The translations under genes and the position numbers were made by a program. The notes beneath the pieces were generated by a model. That model saw nothing but the letters and a program-made list of their open reading frames with translations, was not told the DNA's origin and searched no databases. Of a DNA stretch of 64,000 nt, positions 31,626-42,232 are shown in pieces. Numbering within the stretch: position 1 is the stretch's first letter; every line of letters begins with the position of its first letter. Origin of the DNA: an uncultured virus (IMG/VR IMGVR_UViG_3300025879_000013) (Duplodnaviria; Heunggongvirae; Uroviricota; Caudoviricetes); the IMG/VR virus record IMGVR_UViG_3300025879_000013; one strand, written 5' to 3'.

Positions 31626-32638
31626 AATTTTCTTTTTTTGTTTTTGAATCTTCTTTTTTCTTTTCTTGTTAGTTTCATAAAAGGGGTTAAAAATTCAACC
31701 CATGCGTTGTCGTGTTTTGGTAGATACTTAAAAATACCATCACTCATCATCATCCTCATTAGATTTTTATATCCTCTACCATCAGGGTCCAAATTTTCTT
31801 TATAGTAGAGTTCAATAGTCTCTTTTGATTCTTCGGTGAGTAACGGTTCAGACAAATCTACGAGTTTTGTGTTAATTTCAAAAAACTCTTCACCAAAAAC
31901 CCCTCTTTTTGTTTTACCCGATAAAAGGTTTTGTAGGGCTCGGTTATCTTTATCTGTTTTGTGTAACTCCTCAGCACGTTGTTTAATATCGTTAACATTG
32001 GTTACATTATCAACTATCTCAGGAAATAATTTAACAAATGTTTTCTCACCCATATATTGTATCCCATCAATATTATCCGATTTATCACCAGATATAATTT
32101 TAAAAGTCGCAATGTTTTCATGGGGTATTGAAATATCCTTAAGAGGTATCAAATCTCCTTTCTTAAGGGTTATCTTCTTCATAGGTTGATACACCTCAAC
32201 ATCATCAGAGATAAGTTGTGTGAGGTCTTTATCTGAAGAAAATATAGTTTTATATTCACCTTCAGATATTTGACAATAATATGCAATTAAATCATCACTT
32301 TCAGTGTCGTCAATACATACCTGACGCACAAACATTTCCTCCAAATAAGTTTTTATTCTTTGGGTTTGCCAATCAAACGATTCTCTTTTTGATTCGTTTA
32401 ATGTTTGTTTACGATTTTGTTTGTATTCGGGAAAAATCAATCGTCTTTGGGAGGAGTTATTTTCTCCATCCCAAAATACGATTACTTTATCATAATTGTG
32501 TTCTGATAAGAACCTTCTGATTGTATTAACGAAGTGGTATAATCCTCCAATATGTCTTCCTTCGTGATAAAATTCTTTTACCCCGTGAAACCCTATTTTG
32601 AATAAATTATTTCCGTCAACTAATAATGTTTTAACCAC
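31622..32638 (-). CDS. 5'-3' exonuclease / flap endonuclease (T4 RNase H-like)
   Basis: LLVDGNN, VFWDG, YKQNR, ESDDLIA, SSDKDLTQL, GDKSDNIDGI. Confidence 0.92.
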   Translation of the reverse strand: MVKTLLVDGNNLFKIGFHGVKEFYHEGRHIGGLYHFVNTIRRFLSEHNYDKVIVFWDGENNSSQRRLIFPEYKQNRKQTLNESKRESFDWQTQRIKTYLEEMFVRQVCIDDTESDDLIAYYCQISEGEYKTIFSSDKDLTQLISDDVEVYQPMKKITLKKGDLIPLKDISIPHENIATFKIISGDKSDNIDGIQYMGEKTFVKLFPEIVDNVTNVNDIKQRAEELHKTDKDNRALQNLLSGKTKRGVFGEEFFEINTKLVDLSEPLLTEESKETIELYYKENLDPDGRGYKNLMRMMMSDGIFKYLPKHDNAWVEFLTPFMKLTRKEKRRFKNKKRKL

Positions 32639-32655
32639 TTTTATTGTGTTAAATG

Positions 32656-33657
32656 TTACACTTCTCTTTCTTCTATCAATTTGAAGTCACCTTCTGTTCC
32701 GATAACTTCTTTCCAATAATTTGCTTGTTCGTTTTTGTATGATTCAATAGATTTTTTCTCTTCTGTTGAATCTTTACCCGCCAAGAACCCGTGAGGCGTT
32801 ACTATAATTTTACCGTCCTCATATCCTAAACCATTAATGTGGTTTTTCATTACCGATACTTTTGTTCTTGTAGCAAATTTAACTTTTCTTTTGTCTTTAA
32901 CCGCAGTTATTTTGTTTGTTCCTGCATTTTTTTGATTACCAAACAAAAATACCAAAGATGAGTTTAACCAAATAGACTCACCACCTTTAGCTTTAATTTT
33001 TGGTTGACCAAAAGGATTGTCAGGAAGTTCAACCCACGGTTGGTTAACAATAACCAATGTGTTTTCATATTTTGAATCAGCTCTACGTGAACCCGATATT
33101 CGTTGGTTGATACCCATACCAATTTTGTCAGCTAATGTTGCTGCGTTGTGTTGTTTACCTCCTTTACCTTCATAAGTCATCTTACAAGGAACAGAACCAA
33201 CAGAATCCCACATAAATAAAAGGTCGTATTCTAACTCACCCTTAGACTGCGCATCTAATAACTCGTTAATATAATCAGTGATTTGTTCGATATATTCAAA
33301 ATTATTATTAAATATAAAGAACCCGTCCCAATCTAATTCACCTGTTTCTTCGTCAACCACTTCTTCACACTCAAAACCCATGAGTTTTGCATGTTCAAAA
33401 GACCATTTCTGTTCAGTAATGATAAAAACAGGTAATATTCCTCTTTTTTGAGCATCAACTGCGGTCTTAACTAATGCGGTTGTTTTACCAGTATCTGAGT
33501 GACCTAAAAACATATTTAAGTGACCCATAGCAGGACCAGGAACTCCAACAGCATCTAAAAATTCACCCCCTAAGTCAAAAAACCTCTGAGGTTTGTATTT
33601 TGCAGAAGTAGAAAACTTCTTCTTAATACTACTAAAATCTTTTTTCTTTATTGCCAT
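32656..33657 (-). CDS. RecA/UvsX-like recombinase (start moved to MAIKKK at 33657)
   Basis: GHSDTGKT Walker A, WDSVGS, VIVNQ, KAKGG. The upstream ATG lies inside a hairpin. Confidence 0.85.
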   Translation of the reverse strand: MAIKKKDFSSIKKKFSTSAKYKPQRFFDLGGEFLDAVGVPGPAMGHLNMFLGHSDTGKTTALVKTAVDAQKRGILPVFIITEQKWSFEHAKLMGFECEEVVDEETGELDWDGFFIFNNNFEYIEQITDYINELLDAQSKGELEYDLLFMWDSVGSVPCKMTYEGKGGKQHNAATLADKIGMGINQRISGSRRADSKYENTLVIVNQPWVELPDNPFGQPKIKAKGGESIWLNSSLVFLFGNQKNAGTNKITAVKDKRKVKFATRTKVSVMKNHINGLGYEDGKIIVTPHGFLAGKDSTEEKKSIESYKNEQANYWKEVIGTEGDFKLIEEREV

Positions 33658-33673
33658 ATTTTTTAAATGATAA

Positions 33674-33703
33674 TGATGGTAGGGACACATGTCCCTACCA
33701 TCA
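33674..33703 (-). other. Perfect 13-bp-stem RNA hairpin between ssb and recA-like genes, no U-tract
   Basis: TGATGGTAGGGAC-ATGT-GTCCCTACCATCA. Confidence 0.7.
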
Positions 33704-33715
33704 GATTAGTTTTTT

Positions 33716-34576
33716 TTAGAACGGTAAGTTATCATCGACCTCATCATTTGATTGTGGGTCTTCATAAGAATCTTCTGACTGTGGTGTGTTTGTTGAACCA
33801 CCAATAGTCATTTCTTCATCATCACCGTATACGTATTTTTTTAACTCACTGTTCCATACAGGTGTTTCACCTCTTGCAATTGCTTCTAAATATTCGACAG
33901 GTTTCTGAGCGTATACATCTTGCCATGTCAACTCATCTTCAACCCATTCTTTTTGTTGGTCCGCATCTTCTGAAATAGAACAAGGGTCATCATACATAAC
34001 AGTTTGAACAACTGTATATTCAATACCTTTTGGTGTTTTTGCCTTTGCCAACTCGACAATCAAATCTCTACCTTCGTTAGCGTCAGTCACGTCACCTTTA
34101 GCTTTCCAAATTGGAATGATTTTATCCAAGATACCTTCTTGTTTGTAGTTATCCTTGAATCTCCAAAACTTAGGTCCGTGGTCTTCGTTTTCACGGTCGA
34201 TAAGTTTTACAATGTAGAATTTACGTGGACGGTATTGACGAGCCAAGTCTTTGTCTGACTCCTTACCTGTTGACATCAACTCTTCATATACCTCAGTAAG
34301 TGGTGAACGCTCACCATCGTTTTTACCTGGGTCGTAGAGTTTTGTCCATTTACCATCAATTTGAACTTCATGATACCACACCTCTTTGAATGGTGAAGAA
34401 CCGTCTGATGTTGGGAGAATACGAACTCTCTTTTGTCCTGATTTAGTTCCTTTTGGAAGATACGTTGTAAAGTAACGTTTTAGTCGGTCTTCTTGAGACA
34501 TCGACTGATTACCACCGCTGTTTTTAGTGGTGTTTTTTTCGTACTGTGCCAGTACTGCGTCTAATGCATTTGCCAT
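33716..34576 (-). CDS. Single-stranded DNA-binding protein (T4 gp32-like)
   Basis: RVRILP...PFKEVWYH, PRKFY, GDVTD.NEGRDL, acidic tail ending DDNLPF. Confidence 0.8.
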   Translation of the reverse strand: MANALDAVLAQYEKNTTKNSGGNQSMSQEDRLKRYFTTYLPKGTKSGQKRVRILPTSDGSSPFKEVWYHEVQIDGKWTKLYDPGKNDGERSPLTEVYEELMSTGKESDKDLARQYRPRKFYIVKLIDRENEDHGPKFWRFKDNYKQEGILDKIIPIWKAKGDVTDANEGRDLIVELAKAKTPKGIEYTVVQTVMYDDPCSISEDADQQKEWVEDELTWQDVYAQKPVEYLEAIARGETPVWNSELKKYVYGDDEEMTIGGSTNTPQSEDSYEDPQSNDEVDDNLPF

Positions 34577-34623
34577 AATTTCTCTGTTTTACTCTTTTAA
34601 TTTATTTCTCGATTATTCTATTT

Positions 34624-34654
34624 TAAATATAACACACAACTTGATTTAGTCAAA
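34624..34654 (-). promoter_or_regulatory. Bacteroidota-type housekeeping-sigma-like promoter for the replication operon
   Basis: TTTG-N19-TATATTTA, versus the Bacteroidota consensus TTTG-N19-21-TAnnTTTG. Confidence 0.55.
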
Positions 34655-34666
34655 TGGTTATAAAAT

Positions 34667-34691
34667 AAAAAAGACCACGAATTGTGGTCTT
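34667..34691 (-). terminator. Intrinsic terminator before the ssb promoter
   Basis: AAGACCAC-AATTC-GTGGTCTT followed by TTTT. Confidence 0.7.
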
Positions 34692-34720
34692 ATTATAATA
34701 CTTTAATATGTGTTTGTCAA

Positions 34721-35356
34721 CTACATTCTTTCTTCATCCTCGAAAGGTTTGTCAAAAGATTTTTTGATGTCACCTTCAGAGTAATTCTCAACATCATCAG
34801 AAGTTAAAACATATTCATTTTTACCAGTCTTTTCCATTTCAACTTCTTTATCTGTGAAAAAATCGGTTAGTTTTTGGTTATAAGGGTAACTGTCTAAACT
34901 TCTTAACTGTAATTTTTCTTCCGGAGATTTTTGACGATATTTTTCAACTTTATGTTCTAAATCGTTTATCTTTTGAAGAATTTGGTCCATGTCTTCTAAC
35001 TTTGATGTTAAGTCGTTTAACCTATCCATCATAGTTTCCATATACTCTTCTTGTTTTGTTGACATGTCTTTCTGAGTCGTCACCAAATCAGTAATGTCTA
35101 ATTCCTCGGTTCCAACATCTTCAGTTTCCATATCAGTAGATACTTCTTCACTTTCCGAACCAGGTTCATCAACTACTTCAACATCTGGGTCACTATCAAC
35201 ATCAACAGGTTCTGATTCTACGTCCATATCTGTTGGTTCTCCCATATCACCACCCAAACCCACTGCAGGGTCTACAGGTTCTTCTTGTTCGGAGATATAT
35301 TTATTTATCTTTTTATACTTTTCTATCTCTTGTATGATTTTTTTATCTACTGACAT
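34721..35356 (-). CDS. Acidic/coiled-coil protein (211 aa), possible prohead core/internal protein
   Basis: Leader KKIIQEIEKYKKINKYISEQ, a long D/E/P-rich tract, then a predicted coiled coil. Confidence 0.6.
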   Translation of the reverse strand: MSVDKKIIQEIEKYKKINKYISEQEEPVDPAVGLGGDMGEPTDMDVESEPVDVDSDPDVEVVDEPGSESEEVSTDMETEDVGTEELDITDLVTTQKDMSTKQEEYMETMMDRLNDLTSKLEDMDQILQKINDLEHKVEKYRQKSPEEKLQLRSLDSYPYNQKLTDFFTDKEVEMEKTGKNEYVLTSDDVENYSEGDIKKSFDKPFEDEERM

Positions 35357-35368
35357 AATAATACTATT

Positions 35369-35593
35369 TTAACCGTTTAGAAGAGTTTTTACACCATGAG
35401 GTGTTTCAACTTTCAAAGTTCGATTTACTTTCATTGTGTTATCCACTCTTTCAATAAGGCCGTCTCTCATTCTAACAGTATAACAATCACCTGTGTCTAA
35501 ATCACAAACTTCTTTATAACCGTTTCCTGTGTCTTTTTCAGTAATTCTAGTGTCTTTTGACAAATACTGGTCTAATAATGATTTTGTATCCAT
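35369..35593 (-). CDS. Hypothetical protein (74 aa)
   Basis: Preceded by a TATTTAT motif; EVCDLDTGDCY. Confidence 0.65.
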   Translation of the reverse strand: MDTKSLLDQYLSKDTRITEKDTGNGYKEVCDLDTGDCYTVRMRDGLIERVDNTMKVNRTLKVETPHGVKTLLNG

Positions 35594-35638
35594 AATCTTT
35601 TTATTAATAAATATACGTTAATTAGTGTTTTTCTACTT

Positions 35639-38600
35639 TTAACCGTTATCCCACGCACTATTCTTTCTTTCAAAAGTCTTATAAGCACTATCAAATAAAC
35701 TTTTAGCCACTGTATTTTTCTTAATTTCTGTATCAACAGGACTAATAATAACACTAGCCGCGTTCTCAGCAACGTTTAATTGTCTATTCCTGTCTGTTAA
35801 TCTTAAGGTGTAATACCATAAATATGTGTAAGCCTTTGCTAAATCATTGTTTACCTGAGAGTTTGTTAGTAGGGTATCTATAAGTGGTTCATATTGTTTA
35901 CAGACTTCAGACATAAATTTAACCGATTCACCTGTATTATTAAATGAAATATAAGGAACAACATACTCACCATCTTTAACACACGTTTGGTTTTCAAAAC
36001 TAACTGTCCATTTTGGTTTTTCCTTCATATTTTTTAGGTTAAAGTAATTGTGATTAATCGCCTTTAAACTCTGACCTGTGCCCGTTTCAACAAAACCAAC
36101 ACCAAAAATATATTTTTTAACAACCTCACTACTAATAGATGAACCAGTAATTGCACCTCTAAATTGACTTTGATTTATTGTTGTGGTTGTATATTTCACA
36201 TAAGGTTTATTTATGTTTTGAACCGCAACACATTTACTTTCGTCAGGTTCAGACCTTTTAGAACTTGTTTTAGTGTTACTATTTTTAATTGCACTACTTC
36301 TAACTGCAGTATCACCAGTAGAACTCGCTAACGATGAAACTCTTCTAACATCAGATAAATAATTTTGAACTATGTCTCTATTAACACTCGTAATTAGTGT
36401 GTCAGGTAATTGTAAAGAATATTTTGTGGCTCTAACACCTTCAAAAGTTGTAACAAAATCTCTAGGTGTTATATCATGATTAACACCCATAATAAGATAT
36501 GGACCGTAGAACATTGGAACATACCTTAAATTAAAATACATTGTCGGCTGTATCATAACATTACCCATAGAAACTACCGAACAAGTGTAACTAGCATTTT
36601 TATAGAAATTATATAGATTAGCAGTATTTTGTGCTACTTTCTGTCCATCAGCCATTGAACCCATATTTGCCAATATTTGGAATGTCGGTGCAATATTTTT
36701 TCTTTGAGACATATCAATCGATAACGATTTGAAGATACTTTGGTTTCTAGTTCCAAAATCAACATTAAAAGCTACTACTTTATTTCTATTCGAGAAATTA
36801 GTAACCCCATCTTCAGAACTCTTAACAGGGTTTAGTGTTGGTTGAGTGATATCAAACGCATCATCACCATATAAAAAGTTTTGATTACTTGAGGATGTGT
36901 TGATGTGTTCAGAAACTTTACCCACATAAATTGCCAAGAATTTGGGTTCAGAACCATGAGTATCAACTTCTAAGAAAGTTCCAAAAGTATTATTAGCAAC
37001 ATCACTATATGATGGGTCAGGCATTCCTTCTTTAACTCTTTCATTTCTACCGTAGAAATTAGAGTATGATGGAACGGGCATAAATGTGAAATCGTTTTTT
37101 TCTAATATGTGACCTATTAAATTAAGAACACTTTCACTCGAATTTGCATTCTTTAAAAAGTATCTCATGTCCTCGATATTAATAATCACCTTATCACCAA
37201 TAGGTCTATTTGCTTTATCTAAAAATAAGAATTCTTCAAAAAGTGTTTTACCTTTAACGTCTTGACCTGATATCCACCTATCGTTAAAGTTTTTAAATGT
37301 TGTCCACAACTCATTTTTAGGTGTATCACCATCTAATTTAGAAATTCTTTCTTGAGGTTGTGTTTCTTTAACATTTGGTAGTTCTTTATTTAATTTAGTG
37401 AAAATTTGACTTAACATACTAAATTGATAATTAATACTATTAGACATAAAATCTTCAAAATCACTTAAAAACTGACCTCTCGTTAAGTTGTTATCGTTAT
37501 ATTTTTTAGTAGCATAAATCTTAATTAGTGAAGATAAATCTATAACATTTTGTTCTGTAAATCTAATATTTAAATCAGGGAAGAAATCGGTAATGTATGA
37601 ACCATTATCGGTATACTCCATACCGTCCTCCACATAATCACCAACATACTTATATAACGCGTCCCACGCATCAGGGTTTATTGACTGACTAATAGATAAA
37701 CTAACTCCACCACCAGATGTTGGAACCGTATTTTCGACATATGTGTCGAAATTAATTGGGTCTATAGGTCTTAGTGTTTCGTTAGACGAAAAAGAGTCAA
37801 ATACTCTTCGATTAAAACCACCAGGATTACCAATCTTAAAAATAATATCTCTTTCAAAAAGTTGTTTACTATTAAGGTTAACAAACTTTTCCATTTGTAA
37901 TTCCGCAATTGTTTTCGAGTCCTGTTTTGCATTTAAACCTAATCCATTTGGTTTTTTAACAAAAAGTAGTGATTTCATCACTTTTTCAATATTAAAATCA
38001 TAGGCAATTTCATCAACACCATTATAGTAATCAGCGTTAACATTGGATGGATTGAAAACAATATCTTCATAATCTTTTTCTTTTTTACAGAAATTTAAGA
38101 AGTGTCTTTCGAACTCATCTAACATTCCTTTTGAGAAAATTGCAAATATCTCTTCAACAGATTTGTATTCATTGTCAGGATTGGTTAACGTTAATGAGGT
38201 TTGTTCGTCTTTACTGTTATCAATAAGTTTTATGTATTCAGTAGTTGACGGTTTTTTAACCCAATTATTATTAAAATACCCATAGTTTGATGCCGACCAT
38301 AAAGACCTAACTTGACCATTTTGTATTGACTGGTTTGATTGTAATGATTGGGTTAGTTTTTTATCACTATTTAAAACTTCTCTCTGTGCTTGAGTAAATT
38401 TCAAATGACCCGCAGATGGTATTAATAATAAATTACCACTTGCATCTTCATCAAAAGAAGCATTACCATCAATATCAAAGTATTGGAACCAGCTTTCGTA
38501 ACTTAGTGCTCTACCTGTATTGTTTGGGTCGTAACCCTGTGGTAAAATATTAGATTGACTTTTACCCATTTTAAACCCACCGTTATTAAACATATCGGCA

Positions 38601-41600
38601 AGTTCAGTATTATCATAATTTATAAACACATCTTTACCAGTAAAAAATCTATATGTGTTATTAATGACTTTAGGGTAGAAACCATTTTTCATTTCTAATA
38701 TTTCACTAACCGTCAGTATTGGAGTCAGTATTGAAGTTAGTTTTTCCGTCTGATACTTGGTAGCACCTGTTAACGTAATATCCGTATTATTATATGGTTG
38801 TATATCGTATACCTTGCTATAATTATTTCCAATTGGGTCATATGCATTTACATAATCAAAGTCGGTCCATATATCATCTAAAATATCACCGTTACCGTCT
38901 TTTTCTTGTTTGTAACGATGCCATATTGAACCATACTTTAATACCCATAGATAAGGTAATTTATGTATTGCAGCAAACTTACTAAGTCCCGCGAAAATAT
39001 AATCACCCCATTTTGTTTCTGTCGTTCCATCTTCTCCTTCAGATTTACTAAGATATTTTTCACTTAATGTAGGGAGAGGTAATGAGTTAAGGTATAAATA
39101 ACCTAAACCAACATATGGGTTGTCTACACTAGACGCTTCATTATCAGTCCCTTTTATAATGGCGTTCACAAAATAAGGTGTATTCAATAAAGACGTTGTT
39201 TGTTTTTTTGTTAGATTGTTAGTTGCAGTATCATAGTAACTATCGTAATCTAACAACGCTTCGGTTAAATAATAGTTTTTATATTCTCTATCGTCATAGT
39301 ATTGAGTCACTTGTTCATTTGTTTCAAAAGATGTACTAGACCCACCAGCAATGTTCTGTGCTGGTAAGTTTGGTAGGTTTCTTTCAAAGTTAAAATAAGT
39401 AAAATACTTGTTTGTATATCGAGTATCGGACTCTGAATCTTCATCAAAAGTAGCTAAGGTCTTTTTAAGAATATTAAAACTCATAACATCGGTAGTCGAA
39501 TTAGCATCATTAAAACTACCAACTGAATTACCTTTTGCTAAGTTTTGTCTTAACCATTGTTTATTATTAAACGGGAAAACATCTAAGAAGGTATTACCGT
39601 TAGATGAGGTTCCTGTAATATATTCCTCTAATTGTCCTGTAGAACTTGTTGTTGACTCAATTTCTGTAGAATCGGTTAATATACTATCTAAACTATATAT
39701 TCCGTAATCTTTATCAACATAACCCTTAATGTATGTTTGAGTATAAATGTCTCTTTCTTTTCTTGAGAAGAAACTACCCTGTCCATTATTAGATATTGAA
39801 CGTAGATAACTCAAAAACCCATCAGGTGTGAATTTGTATTTCTTTAGGACTTTGGTTAGTCCTGGACTATCCAATAGACCTTCTTTTATGTTTATAGTTT
39901 CAAAATCCGCAAAAACATTATAAAGTGTTTTTCTAAAGTTATTATTTCTAATAATTTTACTATAGTGAGCTCCGAGATATGTTCTTTCATATATCTCATA
40001 CAAAAATGAAACATATTCTTCATTCACATAAGGCAAGTTATCAAACGGAAACTCAACCGCATTGATGCCCATATACTTAGAAATTCTTGTTGGATTATTA
40101 TAATTGATATTAACCGATGGTTTATCTCTTTCCAACGAAGCGGTTAAATATTCTTCAACAAATTGAATTTCAGGCCATTTTCTATTATCCCAACCGTTTA
40201 TTGAGTTTATAATTGATGGTTGACCAGGATATTTAATTACGTATTTCATGTCACCATTTTCATCTGGTTCTTGTTCAAAATATTGTGGCCACGGATAAAC
40301 AATTTTAGTATCTTTAAGGGTTGTTCCCGCATCACCAACAGTGGCCTGTGACATCATATTTTTATAATCAACACCAAATGACTTATCATCAGGTAATATT
40401 GCTCTTAACCTATCAGGGTCGGTTCTTACATCCCACGCATTATCATGAACCTCATCCATCAATCGATAAAATGCTTCACCGTTAGCACAAATAACCGCCA
40501 ATACATTATTAATAGTAGGGTTAAAACCTAAACCAACATCCGATGAAACTATTTTTTTAGCTAATGCTTCAGATAATCTTTTTTCGATTGTTTTTTTCTT
40601 TTCACCAAAACTGTCTTCTATTTTTTTTAGTTTAGCAAGAAAACTATTTACCTGAAAATTACCACCTTTTAAAACGTCTCCAAATTTTACTAACGTAATA
40701 CCAACTTCAGTTTCTTCAATATCACCACTTGGTGATATTCTATATTCTTTATTGGTTAACTGAAATTCTGCACGTATTTTATTTTCAAATATTTCTAACT
40801 CTTCATCGGTAGGTTCACTACCTTTAGTTACGGTATACGTTTTTTTATAGTCAAAATCGTTAGGGTCAAATATTTGTTTTATTAAATTATTTGGTTTTAT
40901 ATTAACAGTAATTTGAGACTCGTATTTTTTACCTTCAATCGTATAATTACCAGGGTCATAGAATGTAGGACTTTGTTTTAACTTTTTATTACCACTTTCT
41001 ATAAGTCCTTTTAACTCTGCTAACGCATCTTTTCTAGCGTTACCATCTAATTCTTTCTTAAAACCATATAGTATTGAAGATTTACCATCATTTAAAATAT
41101 ATTTGTCAGCTGGGTCGATATACTTACTAAACCAATTATCGGTTATATTCGGATATATCGTACTTCTATATGTTTTAATATCTCTTTGGAAATTAACGAT
41201 GTCGGTTAATACAGACATATCTTCTTTTGAGTATGACTCCATTATGTATCTGTTAAAATACTCTAATCTCATTTTCATTTGATTAAGAGTTATCTCAGGG
41301 AAATTATCGTCAATTAAACCTTTAGACTTATAAAGGGAGTAAACCTCTTTGATTTTTTCCATCCCTTTAGTCGTTGTTTTTGTTTCAGTTCCAACAGTTC
41401 CATCCGCAGTTCCGTTACTGTTATTATCAATAACATAATCTTTAGGATACATGTGTGGTGTTGCATATAAATAATCCAACAGTGTATCCTGTAAAAAGGC
41501 GTGTGAACGAGCAATAAAGTTTGTGGTGATTTTATAACTACCATCAGATGGGTCAAATCTGGCGTTGAAATCTTTTAAGATTAACTCTAATTTTATGGCT

Positions 41601-42232
41601 TTACCATAATAACCTTTAAGAGTTAATGTAAAAATTGGATATGGTAATTGCATGAATACGGAATATGGTGATTGGTCCCCTCTTTCAAACAATACTCTAC
41701 CTTGAATATCTGTCATTTCAATAGTTACGGTGGGAACGAATGCGGGATTCATCTTAACATTAATTCTTGTAATCCCTAACATTTGTGTGTCTACACCTTT
41801 ACCAATACTAAATATATTACCATCACCATCATCTTTAGAGCTTCTATCATCTAGAGTTTGACCAGGTAAAACAGAATCGGTCCAATTAGTATCAAAATAC
41901 TTATCATTAAATGTTTGGTCGTTCTTAAATTGAAAACTTTCCGTTGGAGTTCTTTGGTCTTCTTGTTTCCTACCTTGTAGAAAATCAACTTTCATTTGAG
42001 CAACACCAACATTTCTTACAGGGTCATCATAATTTGACCCAATAGCAAGTTTTGTTCTTGGTATTACTCTGGCTTGTAAATTTGCATAAGTGATTAAGTT
42101 TTCGTGATTAACCAATCTTTCTTCAACAGTGCCGTCAGGGTTAACAACCTTATTAGGGTCAACCACAACAACATTGTCGTATTCTGTTTCAACAAAAACT
42201 TTTTGATTTCCGTAAAATTCCTTACCTGCCAT
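35639..42232 (-). CDS. Baseplate hub (gp27/VgrG-like) fused to a C-terminal GH73-like muralytic domain (2197 aa)
   Basis: Hub end motif GNVMIQP..YF.L..VPMFYGPYLIMGVNHDI...FVTTFEGVR; C-terminal VETGTGQSLKAINHNYFNLK...YISFNNTGESV. Confidence 0.65.
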   Translation of the reverse strand: MAGKEFYGNQKVFVETEYDNVVVVDPNKVVNPDGTVEERLVNHENLITYANLQARVIPRTKLAIGSNYDDPVRNVGVAQMKVDFLQGRKQEDQRTPTESFQFKNDQTFNDKYFDTNWTDSVLPGQTLDDRSSKDDGDGNIFSIGKGVDTQMLGITRINVKMNPAFVPTVTIEMTDIQGRVLFERGDQSPYSVFMQLPYPIFTLTLKGYYGKAIKLELILKDFNARFDPSDGSYKITTNFIARSHAFLQDTLLDYLYATPHMYPKDYVIDNNSNGTADGTVGTETKTTTKGMEKIKEVYSLYKSKGLIDDNFPEITLNQMKMRLEYFNRYIMESYSKEDMSVLTDIVNFQRDIKTYRSTIYPNITDNWFSKYIDPADKYILNDGKSSILYGFKKELDGNARKDALAELKGLIESGNKKLKQSPTFYDPGNYTIEGKKYESQITVNIKPNNLIKQIFDPNDFDYKKTYTVTKGSEPTDEELEIFENKIRAEFQLTNKEYRISPSGDIEETEVGITLVKFGDVLKGGNFQVNSFLAKLKKIEDSFGEKKKTIEKRLSEALAKKIVSSDVGLGFNPTINNVLAVICANGEAFYRLMDEVHDNAWDVRTDPDRLRAILPDDKSFGVDYKNMMSQATVGDAGTTLKDTKIVYPWPQYFEQEPDENGDMKYVIKYPGQPSIINSINGWDNRKWPEIQFVEEYLTASLERDKPSVNINYNNPTRISKYMGINAVEFPFDNLPYVNEEYVSFLYEIYERTYLGAHYSKIIRNNNFRKTLYNVFADFETINIKEGLLDSPGLTKVLKKYKFTPDGFLSYLRSISNNGQGSFFSRKERDIYTQTYIKGYVDKDYGIYSLDSILTDSTEIESTTSSTGQLEEYITGTSSNGNTFLDVFPFNNKQWLRQNLAKGNSVGSFNDANSTTDVMSFNILKKTLATFDEDSESDTRYTNKYFTYFNFERNLPNLPAQNIAGGSSTSFETNEQVTQYYDDREYKNYYLTEALLDYDSYYDTATNNLTKKQTTSLLNTPYFVNAIIKGTDNEASSVDNPYVGLGYLYLNSLPLPTLSEKYLSKSEGEDGTTETKWGDYIFAGLSKFAAIHKLPYLWVLKYGSIWHRYKQEKDGNGDILDDIWTDFDYVNAYDPIGNNYSKVYDIQPYNNTDITLTGATKYQTEKLTSILTPILTVSEILEMKNGFYPKVINNTYRFFTGKDVFINYDNTELADMFNNGGFKMGKSQSNILPQGYDPNNTGRALSYESWFQYFDIDGNASFDEDASGNLLLIPSAGHLKFTQAQREVLNSDKKLTQSLQSNQSIQNGQVRSLWSASNYGYFNNNWVKKPSTTEYIKLIDNSKDEQTSLTLTNPDNEYKSVEEIFAIFSKGMLDEFERHFLNFCKKEKDYEDIVFNPSNVNADYYNGVDEIAYDFNIEKVMKSLLFVKKPNGLGLNAKQDSKTIAELQMEKFVNLNSKQLFERDIIFKIGNPGGFNRRVFDSFSSNETLRPIDPINFDTYVENTVPTSGGGVSLSISQSINPDAWDALYKYVGDYVEDGMEYTDNGSYITDFFPDLNIRFTEQNVIDLSSLIKIYATKKYNDNNLTRGQFLSDFEDFMSNSINYQFSMLSQIFTKLNKELPNVKETQPQERISKLDGDTPKNELWTTFKNFNDRWISGQDVKGKTLFEEFLFLDKANRPIGDKVIINIEDMRYFLKNANSSESVLNLIGHILEKNDFTFMPVPSYSNFYGRNERVKEGMPDPSYSDVANNTFGTFLEVDTHGSEPKFLAIYVGKVSEHINTSSSNQNFLYGDDAFDITQPTLNPVKSSEDGVTNFSNRNKVVAFNVDFGTRNQSIFKSLSIDMSQRKNIAPTFQILANMGSMADGQKVAQNTANLYNFYKNASYTCSVVSMGNVMIQPTMYFNLRYVPMFYGPYLIMGVNHDITPRDFVTTFEGVRATKYSLQLPDTLITSVNRDIVQNYLSDVRRVSSLASSTGDTAVRSSAIKNSNTKTSSKRSEPDESKCVAVQNINKPYVKYTTTTINQSQFRGAITGSSISSEVVKKYIFGVGFVETGTGQSLKAINHNYFNLKNMKEKPKWTVSFENQTCVKDGEYVVPYISFNNTGESVKFMSEVCKQYEPLIDTLLTNSQVNNDLAKAYTYLWYYTLRLTDRNRQLNVAENAASVIISPVDTEIKKNTVAKSLFDSAYKTFERKNSAWDNG

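Noticed and set aside
33658..33690. Track start MCPYHHYH for the recA-like gene (likewise MWSPLAF at 52276)
   Set aside because: These ATGs lie inside hairpins; downstream ATGs with A-rich leaders are more plausible.
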